From contig JBMONM010000120.1 in NCBI GenBank assembly GCA_049324675.1, forward strand, positions 8,833-72,832: DNA of 64,000 nt, read 5' to 3'. Shown in pieces: positions 33,505-41,533 of this stretch. The position numbers and the translations under genes are program-made. Positions within the stretch are counted from its first letter, which is position 1, and every line of letters starts with the position of its first letter. The stretch comes from Thermodesulfobacteriota bacterium. GTDB taxonomy: Bacteria > Desulfobacterota > Desulfovibrionia > Desulfovibrionales > Desulfovibrionaceae. The notes under the pieces were generated by a model. The model saw only the letters and a list, made by a program, of their open reading frames with translations. It made no database searches and was not told the origin of the DNA.

Positions 33505-34449
33505 ATGGACACGCCGTACACCTTCATGCGCGACAAGGACCGGGAGTTTCCCCCGATGGTCATCGTGGACTTCACCAACGTCTGCAACCTGCGGTGCGTG
33601 CACTGCGCCCATCCGGTGATCAAGAAGGAGGCCGGCTACAAGCCGGCGTTCATGAAAAAGGAGCTTTTCAAAAAGATCGTGGATGAAACGGCCGGCCGCG
33701 ACATCCTGCTCATGCGCATCGCCAGCGACGGGGAGAGCCTGCTGCACCCGGACTTTTTCGAGATGATGCACATGGCCAAGGACGCGGGCGTGGCCCCGGT
33801 CAACCTCACGACCAACGGCATGCTGCTCACGCCGGAGACCGGCCGCAGGCTGGTCGACTGCGGCCTGGACATCGTGGACGTGAGCATCGACGCCCACAGC
33901 AAGGACATCTACGAACAGATCCGCCGGGGCGGAAGCTACGACACGGTGGTGGCGAACACCCTTGGGCTGGTTCAGGCGCGCAACGAGGCCGGCAGCTCCA
34001 TGCGCATCTTCGTGAGCATCATCCGCCAGCCCCTCAACGCCCACCAGATCGAGGACTTCAAGGCCTTCTGGGAGCCCAGGGTGGATTTCGTCCTGGTCCG
34101 CAACCTGTGCGACGAGGTCGGCCTGGTGGACATCGAGCCCGTGGAGTCCGTGGCCGTGCCCGAGGTCCGCTGGCCCTGTCCGCAGTTCTGGAAACGCATC
34201 ACCATCACCCATTCCGGCGACGTCCGGTACTGCGTGGAGGACTGGCGCAACATCACGGTCATCGGCAACGTCGGGCGCCAATCCATTGCGGAGATCTGGC
34301 AGGGGGAAACCTACCGGCGGCTGCGGGAACGCCAGCTCAAGGGCGACTACCGGGGCATGGCCCTGTGCGAGGACTGCAAGGACTGGGCAACGGCGCCATG
34401 GGACTTCGGATACGACCGGATCGTCAGGGAGACGACGCGCCCGAAATGA
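33505..34449 (+). CDS. Radical SAM protein with a C-terminal Cys-rich SPASM/twitch-like region
   Basis: 314-aa ORF. VDFTNVCNLRCVHCAH is the CxxxCxxC cluster. GESLLHPDF and TTNG are also present. The C-terminal cysteines are WPCPQFW...VRYCVEDW...CEDCKDW. Confidence 0.9.
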   Translation: MDTPYTFMRDKDREFPPMVIVDFTNVCNLRCVHCAHPVIKKEAGYKPAFMKKELFKKIVDETAGRDILLMRIASDGESLLHPDFFEMMHMAKDAGVAPVNLTTNGMLLTPETGRRLVDCGLDIVDVSIDAHSKDIYEQIRRGGSYDTVVANTLGLVQARNEAGSSMRIFVSIIRQPLNAHQIEDFKAFWEPRVDFVLVRNLCDEVGLVDIEPVESVAVPEVRWPCPQFWKRITITHSGDVRYCVEDWRNITVIGNVGRQSIAEIWQGETYRRLRERQLKGDYRGMALCEDCKDWATAPWDFGYDRIVRETTRPK

Positions 34450-35174
34450 AAAACCCCGGTCAAAAGGCCGGCACCCTGGCCATCATCCAGCCGAGCTTCG
34501 TCCCCTGGCGCGGCTACTTCGACATCATCCGCCGTTCGGATGTCTTCGTCTTCTACGACGACGTGCAATACGAGAAAAACTCCTGGAGAAACCGGAACAA
34601 GATCAAGACGGCGAAGGGCTGGCAGTGGATCACCGTGCCGGTCCTGACCAAGGGCCGCCTGACCCAGGCGATATGCGAGGCCCGGATAAACGACGCGGAG
34701 CCCTGGAGGAAGAAGGTCCTTGGCTCCATCTCCCAGGCCTATTCCAAGGCCCCGTTCTTCAAACAATATTTCCCCCTCGTGGCCGGAAGCGTCACCGACG
34801 GCGGGGAAAGCCTGTCCGATCTGTGCATCGGACTGACCCGGGAGGTGTGCGCCCGCCTCGGCATCCGGACCGCCTTTCTCCGGTCAAGCTCCCTGGGGAT
34901 CGGCACGGAGCTTCGGGGCGCGGATCGCGTCCTGGCCATCTGCAAGGCGCTCGGGGCCGCGCGCTACGTCTCCGGCCCCCGGGCCAGAAGCTACCTCGGG
35001 GACGGGGCGGATTTCGAGGCGGCGGGCGTGGCCCTGGAATACATGACCTACGACTATCCGGAATATCCCCAGTTGCACGGACCCTTCCTTCCGGACATGT
35101 CCATCCTGGATCTGCTTTTCAACTGCGGCGACCAGGCCCCGCGCTACATCTGGGACCGGCCGGACCGGCCTTGA
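34446..35174 (+). CDS. WbqC-family protein (LPS-cluster-associated, function unknown)
   Basis: The ATG at 34446 overlaps the upstream stop (ATGA). LAIIQPSFVPWRGYFDIIRRSDVFVFYDDVQYEKNSWRNRNKIKT..GWQWITVPV matches my memory of the WbqC-like family N-terminus. Confidence 0.75.
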   Translation: MKNPGQKAGTLAIIQPSFVPWRGYFDIIRRSDVFVFYDDVQYEKNSWRNRNKIKTAKGWQWITVPVLTKGRLTQAICEARINDAEPWRKKVLGSISQAYSKAPFFKQYFPLVAGSVTDGGESLSDLCIGLTREVCARLGIRTAFLRSSSLGIGTELRGADRVLAICKALGAARYVSGPRARSYLGDGADFEAAGVALEYMTYDYPEYPQLHGPFLPDMSILDLLFNCGDQAPRYIWDRPDRP

Positions 35175-35210
35175 CGGCGGAAGGTCCCCGGCCGGACGCC
35201 CGTCCGGGAC

Positions 35211-35849
35211 TCAGGACGCAAGGGACAGCCGCATGTCGAACAGGGTCCGCTGTTTCTTGACGGTCTTCAATCCATGGCGGCCCGGAACCTCGGCCATGAT
35301 GCGCCGGCAGTCCCGCAACCACCCGCTGTAGTCATCCCACTCGAACAACAAAATGACCCGGCGATAGCGCAAGGTGCGCGAGACGCCGTGCAGCACGCGC
35401 AGGGTCAGAAAGTCGGCCAGCCGGCGGAAAAGACCGGGCCAGGGCTCGGAAATATGGATGACGCCGCCGGGTCCGAGCACCCGGACGAGTTCGGGAAAAA
35501 GCCGCCCGACATCGATGTGGTGCAGGAAGTCGGCCAGGTACAGGGCGTCGAAGGCGGCGTCGGCAAAGGGCAGCCGGAAGGCGTCGGCGCAGGCCCGGGC
35601 CGACCCGGAGGCGCGCGGCAGCAGCTCCATGGAGATGTCGATGCCGAACACCCGCTGGTAGCCGAGTTCGGCAAAGGCCCGCTGATTGAGGCCTTCCCCG
35701 CAGCCGACCTCCAGAATCCGGGCGCTTTTCGGGATGCCGAAGGAACGGATCGTGGCCTTGCGCGGCCCGATGGCCTTGTCCACGGAAACGAAGGCCTCGT
35801 TCCAGTCCTCGATGGTGAGCCCGTGGGTGTTTCGTGTGGAATCAGTCAT
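35211..35849 (-). CDS. Class I SAM methyltransferase
   Basis: 212-aa ORF with ILEVGCGEGLN...GIDIS...FDALYLADFLHHI...VRVLGPGGVIHISEP. Confidence 0.85.
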   Translation of the reverse strand: MTDSTRNTHGLTIEDWNEAFVSVDKAIGPRKATIRSFGIPKSARILEVGCGEGLNQRAFAELGYQRVFGIDISMELLPRASGSARACADAFRLPFADAAFDALYLADFLHHIDVGRLFPELVRVLGPGGVIHISEPWPGLFRRLADFLTLRVLHGVSRTLRYRRVILLFEWDDYSGWLRDCRRIMAEVPGRHGLKTVKKQRTLFDMRLSLAS

Positions 35850-36915
35850 GTCCCTTGAACGCTATGGTAATGACGTTGGGTCGTTCGGAAAAGGAGTCCT
35901 TGAAGCCCAGGGAGTTGTCGCAGTACCGACAGCTGGAGAACTGCCCGCGGTTTTTTAAAATCCCCCGGCGAAAGGCGTTGAACCCGGGGGAGCCCCAGCC
36001 GTCGCGGACCGTGGCCCCCTTCTCCCGCAGGGTCGCCATGGTCGGGGGATAGAGCCAGTCGTAGCAGCACGGCAAGAGCCGCTGGTCCGAGGTCAGGGCC
36101 GGCGCGACCCACAGGCCGTGGCAGTGGTTTTTCAGGGAGTGCGGTTCGTATTTGGCCGTGATCTCGATCTCATCCGGGGTGGGGGTGCGCCTGGGGGTGC
36201 CTTCGTACACGTAGTCGGTATTGACGTAGCGCGGATGCAGGTCGACCTGCATGGCCTCGGCCATCTTTTTGATGTCGGGCAATTCGTGCCTGTTCTCCGG
36301 GGTCAGCAGGGCCCGGAAGGCCAGCCGCGGGGTTTTCGATCCCGTGCGCTCCTTGGCGGCGTTGATCTTGCGCACGTTCTCCCGGACATTGTCCAGATTG
36401 CCGCAGCGATGGTATTTGCCGTAGTTGTCCTGGGTCGCGCCGGAAATGGAGATATACAGGGTGTCCAGCCCCGAGGCCACGACCTGCTCCCCCCAGTCCT
36501 CCGGGGTCTTGTAGCTGCCGTTGGTGCTGGTCCAGACCGCGATACGGCTGTCCGCGGCATGGCGGATCATCTTGAAGATGTCCGGATGCAGGAACGGTTC
36601 GCCGCTCATTTGCAGGATCAAAAACATCAGGGAGTCTTTGACGCTGTCCACATGGCGCCTGTAGTCCTCAAGCGGCATGGCCACATGCTCCACGTGGGCC
36701 TGCTTGGCCGGAACCCAGCACCCGGCGCAGCGCAGATTGCAGTAGTTCACGGGTTCGACCCACAACGCCGCCGGGCCGTAAGGCGCCCTGGGGATGCGCA
36801 AAAACGCGCAGGCCATGTTGGCGGACAGCTTGAAAAGCTTGCCCGGCGTGACCTGCCCCTTGAACAAGGCGGTGACCATGAAGCGCGAGAAATAGGTCAG
36901 ACTTTTCCAATTCAC
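35842..36915 (-). CDS. Radical SAM protein
   Basis: Track ORF 35842..37044 trimmed. VEPVNYCNLRCAGCWV is the CxxxCxxC cluster. SGEPFLHPD and TSTNG are present, and the C-terminus has Cys pairs (LLPCCYDW, SSCRYCDN). The preferred start is GTG 36915, preceded by GAGGG and 13 nt after the upstream stop. Alternatives are ATG 36879 or ATG 36972. Confidence 0.8.
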   Translation of the reverse strand: MNWKSLTYFSRFMVTALFKGQVTPGKLFKLSANMACAFLRIPRAPYGPAALWVEPVNYCNLRCAGCWVPAKQAHVEHVAMPLEDYRRHVDSVKDSLMFLILQMSGEPFLHPDIFKMIRHAADSRIAVWTSTNGSYKTPEDWGEQVVASGLDTLYISISGATQDNYGKYHRCGNLDNVRENVRKINAAKERTGSKTPRLAFRALLTPENRHELPDIKKMAEAMQVDLHPRYVNTDYVYEGTPRRTPTPDEIEITAKYEPHSLKNHCHGLWVAPALTSDQRLLPCCYDWLYPPTMATLREKGATVRDGWGSPGFNAFRRGILKNRGQFSSCRYCDNSLGFKDSFSERPNVITIAFKGHD

Positions 36916-36928
36916 GGTCGAGGTGCCC

Positions 36929-38524
36929 TCATGCCGGCTTGGCAGTGTTTTTGTCCATGACCACAACCACATACGTGAACAGGTCAAAAGGGGTGTGCGA
37001 GGCCCGCCTGAGGGAAAACCCGTGCCGGCCGCACAAGGCTTCAACCTTCTTTCTGCTGGTGAAAAGCGTCACTTCACCAGGATACAAAGCGACCTTCCTG
37101 CGCCGCGCCAGACCGAGCAGGGTTTCCAGACAGACCGCGCAGGCCTTGTACCAGCCGTAACGCGGCGGCCACAAAAGCAGGCAGCGCCCCCCCGGCTTGA
37201 GCACCCTGCGAAATTCCCCGAGAACGACGTCCAGTTCCGGCTCGGTGAAATGTTCCATGACCCCCAGGTTCCAGATGCCGTCGAGACTGCCGGCGGCAAA
37301 GGGAAGCCTGTACATGTCCCCCTGCACCGCGGCGTCGATGGCCGGCATGGTCCTGGCCCGCACGAGCGGCGGAAAGGAAAAATCCAGGCAGATCAAGGTG
37401 CGTCCCCCGGCCGGCAGCCGGGCGCTGGTCTCGGACGACCCCGAGCCCATTTCGACGAAAATCCCTTGTTCGGGAAAATACCGGGCGAAAAGCCGCCGCA
37501 GTCCCCGGGCGATGATATTCGTGCGGATGAAGGACAGGGCCGTGTGGGCCGGGGCCGAGGCGAAATGGGAGGTCCAGAAGCCGTCCCAGGCCTCGGCCGT
37601 ATTGGCCGGGACCGGTTCCCCGGCCGCGTTGCCGTCCGGCCGGGGCGGCCGGGTCCGCGTCCCGGCATTGATCCAGGCCACGGCGGCCAGGGCCAGGGCG
37701 GCCCAGGTCGCCAGGCCGCTTCCGATATTCCCGGAAAGGACCAGGCCGGCGGCGAAAAACGGCAGCGTGAGCCCCATGGCCTTGTCGTGGATCAGATAGA
37801 GGTCCCGGATGACGGCAAAGGCCACGGAGGCGGCGAACACCAGGACGGCGGGCGTCCAGGCCGGGGAAACGCCCAGGGAGGCCACGCCGAACGCCCCGAG
37901 GACGGCGGCCAGGGCGCACAGTCCCACCCGCAGGGGGCGCAGGGCCGGTTCCGGGTCCAGATACTGCATGATCCCGTAGGCCAGGGCCAGGCACAGGACC
38001 CCGCCGGCCAGCGGCGTGAAGGCCAGCGGGATCAGCCAGCAGCAGGCCGCGAGCCGGCCGTGGGGCAGAAATTCGAGCAGCGGCAGGGCGGCCGCGGCAA
38101 GGCCGGACGACAGCGGCATCCCGCCGGCGACCATGCCTCCCAGCACGGCCAGGGCGTTGAGCGTCGCGCCGACCAGCCCGGCGGGAAGCCGGCCCGGAGA
38201 GGGCCGCGGCGGGGGGGATGCGCCCGCGCCGAGGATGCGCCCGGCGAGAAGCCGGGCATTGCGGTCGTTGGGCGTGGCCAGGCAGCGGTCGTTCTCGGCG
38301 GCGGCCGTGGCCGTGTCGCCCCGGCGATAGAAATCGAACTCGTCCCCGGGAACGGACAGTTCATGGGCCTGTCCCTGAAACTCCCAGCGGACCAGATACC
38401 CCTCCGGCGTGGCGGTGACGGCCAGGGACCGCGCCGCCTCGGCGTACCGTCCGGGGGAGGCCGCTTCCCGGCAGGCGTGCAGATGCCTGAGCAGGAGGTG
38501 GCGCAGGGCCTTTTCCTTTCTCAC
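36929..38524 (-). CDS. Membrane protein with a C-terminal class I SAM methyltransferase domain
   Basis: Track ORF 36929..38611 trimmed to GTG 38524. That GTG forms a GTGA overlap with the upstream stop and is preceded by GGAGGGG. A soluble N-terminal region of roughly 100 aa comes first. Several hydrophobic helices follow (LPAGLVGATLNALAVLGGMVAGG...VLVFAASVAFAVI...). The methyltransferase domain is last: FVEMGSGSSETS...GVMEHFTEPELDVVLGEFRRVLKPGGRCLLLWP. Confidence 0.75.
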   Translation of the reverse strand: MRKEKALRHLLLRHLHACREAASPGRYAEAARSLAVTATPEGYLVRWEFQGQAHELSVPGDEFDFYRRGDTATAAAENDRCLATPNDRNARLLAGRILGAGASPPPRPSPGRLPAGLVGATLNALAVLGGMVAGGMPLSSGLAAAALPLLEFLPHGRLAACCWLIPLAFTPLAGGVLCLALAYGIMQYLDPEPALRPLRVGLCALAAVLGAFGVASLGVSPAWTPAVLVFAASVAFAVIRDLYLIHDKAMGLTLPFFAAGLVLSGNIGSGLATWAALALAAVAWINAGTRTRPPRPDGNAAGEPVPANTAEAWDGFWTSHFASAPAHTALSFIRTNIIARGLRRLFARYFPEQGIFVEMGSGSSETSARLPAGGRTLICLDFSFPPLVRARTMPAIDAAVQGDMYRLPFAAGSLDGIWNLGVMEHFTEPELDVVLGEFRRVLKPGGRCLLLWPPRYGWYKACAVCLETLLGLARRRKVALYPGEVTLFTSRKKVEALCGRHGFSLRRASHTPFDLFTYVVVVMDKNTAKPA

Positions 38525-39687
38525 GACCGCCCCTCCCCGTGGAATCCGGCCATGATCTTGGCCGCGAGTCGGCGCAATTCCGGCTCGGCAAAGGGACGGG
38601 CAAGGCCGCAACCCCGGTTGAACAGCGACATCCTGTGGAACATGGGCCGAAGAAACCGGGCGGTCAGGGTAATTTCCGGATAGCTGCCGTACATGCAGCC
38701 CGGGCAGGTGGCGGTAAAGGGGGAGATGGCCTCATGGATCTCGCCGCTGCGGTAGGATCTGACGAAATCCGGGGCATGGACCGGAAAGTCCCGGCCGATC
38801 TTGTAGTCGCAGCAGGGCTGGATGTTTCCGTTGGGCTCGATGGCGAAGTAAAGATTGGGGGAGTCGCAGACGCCATGGTTGCGCCGGCGCCAGCGCGTGG
38901 GTTCGTCGGCCAGAAACCTGTAGATGTCGTCCAGGTATTCGTCGCAGTCATAGAGATGCTTGCCCCCGCGTCGCAGGACCTTGAGCTCGTCAAGGACCTG
39001 CCGCAGCCTGGGGAGCTTTTCCCGGGGAAAGGCGCAGACCCCGTCGTCGTCGAAACTCCGGAACCCGCGCGGCTGGTCCGGCGTGGTGACATGGCACGGC
39101 ACCAGGGAGACCCACCAGCCGATGCGCGTGGCGAACTCGACGACCGCCGCAAGGTGCTCGAGGTTGCGGGGCATGAGCACCGTGCCGAAAAATCCCTGCC
39201 CGCCCTGGGGAAAGAGCTCGCTGACCATGGCCACGGCCTTGAGGGTGCGCTCGAAGCTGTGGGGCATGCCGTTTATGGTGTCCTGGGTGGAGGTGTCGAG
39301 GCTGTCCAGGGAGATGCTGATATCGTGGCCGCCGGCCTCGATGCAGGCCCGCATGGCCGCCCGCGAGGCCAGGCCGTTGGTCTGCATCCGGACATGGATG
39401 CCGTTGTCGACAAAGGCCTTGATGATTTCCGGCAGGTCCCGGCGCACGAACGGCTCGCCGCCGATGAGCAGGACGATGCACACCCCGATTTCCGCGAGAT
39501 TCTCGGCCATGGCCCGGATCTGACGGATGTTCATTTCCGGGGCGTCGGCCTGGGCGTAGACGATGTTGCACTGCTCGCAATAGTGGTTGCAGCGGGCGGT
39601 GATATAATACTGGACGTACAGCGGCCGGCTCTTGGTGACGAGAGACCTGGCCAGCTTTTTTTGCAACTCGTGACTGAAAAAGGCCAT
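38521..39687 (-). CDS. Radical SAM protein
   Basis: 388 aa from ATG 39687, which overlaps the upstream stop (TGATG). YYITARCNHYCEQCNI is the CxxxCxxC cluster. LIGGEPFVRRD and QTNG are present. C-terminal cysteines are IQPCCDY and ATCPGCMY. Confidence 0.9.
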   Translation of the reverse strand: MAFFSHELQKKLARSLVTKSRPLYVQYYITARCNHYCEQCNIVYAQADAPEMNIRQIRAMAENLAEIGVCIVLLIGGEPFVRRDLPEIIKAFVDNGIHVRMQTNGLASRAAMRACIEAGGHDISISLDSLDTSTQDTINGMPHSFERTLKAVAMVSELFPQGGQGFFGTVLMPRNLEHLAAVVEFATRIGWWVSLVPCHVTTPDQPRGFRSFDDDGVCAFPREKLPRLRQVLDELKVLRRGGKHLYDCDEYLDDIYRFLADEPTRWRRRNHGVCDSPNLYFAIEPNGNIQPCCDYKIGRDFPVHAPDFVRSYRSGEIHEAISPFTATCPGCMYGSYPEITLTARFLRPMFHRMSLFNRGCGLARPFAEPELRRLAAKIMAGFHGEGRS

Positions 39688-40442
39688 CACCCGACCTCGT
39701 TTCTGCGCGCCGCGGCAAGGAGCGAGGCCCCGAGCGGCGGCGACGGCAGGATTTTCCGTTCCAGGGCCCCGACCCTGCCGAGCAGCGCCCCCGCAAGCCG
39801 GCCGGGAGGCTGGAAGCCGCGGGCCACGATGGCCGCCGTGTCGGACGCAAACGCCGTCAGGCAGTTGCGCATGGCCAACAGCGGGAGCAGCCCCATCCCC
39901 CAGTACCGCAAGCGCTCCACCCTGCAGCCCGCCCCCTCGACCACCGGCTGCAGGGTGGCTTTCGAATACCGGCGCAGGTGGCCGACCGCCCTGTCGTAGC
40001 GTCCCCGGAACACCTCCAGGGCGGGGATGTTCAGAAAGACGAAGCCGCCGGGCCGGACATGGGCCACGGCGGTCTCCAGAAACGCCCGGTCGTCGGCGAT
40101 GTGCTCCAGGACGTCGAAGAGCAGCACGGCATCGTAGCGTCCCAGCATCTCGGCGCGTTTTTCAAACACGTCGTAGGCGAAGGCCCGTCCCCGCAACGCG
40201 GGATTGGCGGCCACGGCATGGTCGCAGGTGTCCACGCCGTCGACCACCCAGGCCGAACAGGCCTCGATCTGCCGGCGCAGGATACCCTGGCCGCAGCCGA
40301 CGTCCAAGACACGCAGGGGCCGCTCCGGCAGGTCCCCGAAGTCGCGCAAAAGCGCGCGGAAGGCGGCCAGCCGCCATTGAAACCAGAAGTGGTCGGGCGA
40401 GGAGATCTCGTACCACTGATCCGGGAAGGGTGCGGCGCTCAC
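39687..40442 (-). CDS. Class I SAM methyltransferase
   Basis: GTG start at 40442 in a GTGA overlap with the upstream stop, with GGAG 7 nt upstream. Contains SPDHFWFQWRL...VLDVGCGQGIL...VLLFDVLEHIADDRAFLETAVAHVRPGGFVFLNIP. Paralog of 32728..33492. Confidence 0.85.
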   Translation of the reverse strand: MSAAPFPDQWYEISSPDHFWFQWRLAAFRALLRDFGDLPERPLRVLDVGCGQGILRRQIEACSAWVVDGVDTCDHAVAANPALRGRAFAYDVFEKRAEMLGRYDAVLLFDVLEHIADDRAFLETAVAHVRPGGFVFLNIPALEVFRGRYDRAVGHLRRYSKATLQPVVEGAGCRVERLRYWGMGLLPLLAMRNCLTAFASDTAAIVARGFQPPGRLAGALLGRVGALERKILPSPPLGASLLAAARRNEVG

Positions 40443-41428
40443 CGGGGCTCCATGCTGACGACTTCCCTGACGATGAATGTCGGCCGCCCCTTCACCTCCA
40501 GGTACATCCTGCCCAGGTACGATCCGAGGACATAGAGGCCGAACAGCACGATGCTGTTGGTGAAAAGCATGACCGGCAGCATCCAGGACCTGTCGGAGAG
40601 CCAGCCCGGAAACCCGGCGGCCAGCATGGCCAGGGACAGCACGAACAGGACCAGGGCGGCGAACTGGGAAACCCGCAGGGGCATGATGCTCATGGAGGCG
40701 AGGCCTTCCGTGGCCAGGTGGTAGAGCTTGCGGAAGGTGTACTTGGTTTCTCCCTGGGCGCGTTCCGGCCGGTGGTATTCGAGGCGGGCCGTTTCGTAGC
40801 CGACCCAGGCCCGCAGGCCGCGCCCGAAACGCAGCCGCTCCGGCAGCATGTTCAGCGCCCCGACCACCGGACGGCCCATGAGCCCGAAGTCGCCGCTGTC
40901 CAGCGGCACCTCCACCGAGGACAAAAACCGGTAGAGCCGGTAGAACGCCGCGTAACAGAATTTTTTGACCGGCGAGCCCTGCCGCGACGCCCGCTGGCCG
41001 TACACCGTTTCCGCCCCCCGGCGCCAGAGGGCGACCATGTCCAGCAGAAGTTCCGGCGGGTCCTGGAGGTCGGCGTCGATGATGGCCGTCACGTCCGCAT
41101 CGCTGAAGGCGATGCCGGCGCTGATCGCCGCCTGGTGACCGAAATTTCTTGTGAAGATAATGAGTTGCATGGGGTTTTTCCGGCCGCCGAGCTCCCGGAG
41201 CAGGGCCGCGGAATCGTCGCGGCTGCCGTCGTCCACAAAGAGATACCGCGCCTTTTTGAGGTGGTGCCGGCGCATGTTTTCCGGGCTGAAGACTTCATCC
41301 AGCCTTTTCACGAGAAGCGGGATGACGTCCGCTTCGTTGTAGATGGGCACGATGATGTCAATACTGATATCAAGATCGGAACGGATATCGAGGGGTATGC
41401 ATTGAGGCGCGACGTTTTGACGCTGCAC
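40439..41428 (-). CDS. GtrB/CsbB/ArnC-like GT2 with C-terminal TM helices (polyprenyl-phosphate sugar synthase candidate)
   Basis: Track ORF 40439..41461 starts at a TTG. I prefer GTG 41428, which has AGGAG 7 nt upstream. Contains ISIDIIVPIYNEADVIPLLVKRL...FVDDGSRDDS...FTRNFGHQAAISAGI...IDADLQDPPE. Two C-terminal hydrophobic helices follow (MPLRVSQFAALVLFVLSLAMLAA; VMLFTNSIVLFGLYVLGSY), and then the typical ...VKGRPTFIVRE ending. Confidence 0.85.
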   Translation of the reverse strand: MQRQNVAPQCIPLDIRSDLDISIDIIVPIYNEADVIPLLVKRLDEVFSPENMRRHHLKKARYLFVDDGSRDDSAALLRELGGRKNPMQLIIFTRNFGHQAAISAGIAFSDADVTAIIDADLQDPPELLLDMVALWRRGAETVYGQRASRQGSPVKKFCYAAFYRLYRFLSSVEVPLDSGDFGLMGRPVVGALNMLPERLRFGRGLRAWVGYETARLEYHRPERAQGETKYTFRKLYHLATEGLASMSIMPLRVSQFAALVLFVLSLAMLAAGFPGWLSDRSWMLPVMLFTNSIVLFGLYVLGSYLGRMYLEVKGRPTFIVREVVSMEPR

Positions 41429-41533
41429 TATCCAGCTCCTGACGCGATATCTTTGATGCAAGCGGCGCAGGCATGCTTCTTTTCCTGTCCACCATCCCCG
41501 GTCATCCCTCGGCCGCGTGCCCCCTGAAGGCGT

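Noticed and set aside
35183-35210. GC-rich imperfect inverted repeat (ggtccccggccggacgcccgtccgggac) between the convergent WbqC-family and methyltransferase genes, considered as a bidirectional terminator.
   Set aside because: The stem is imperfect with a 2-nt central loop, and there is no flanking T/A-run on either side. It is plausible but too weak to annotate.
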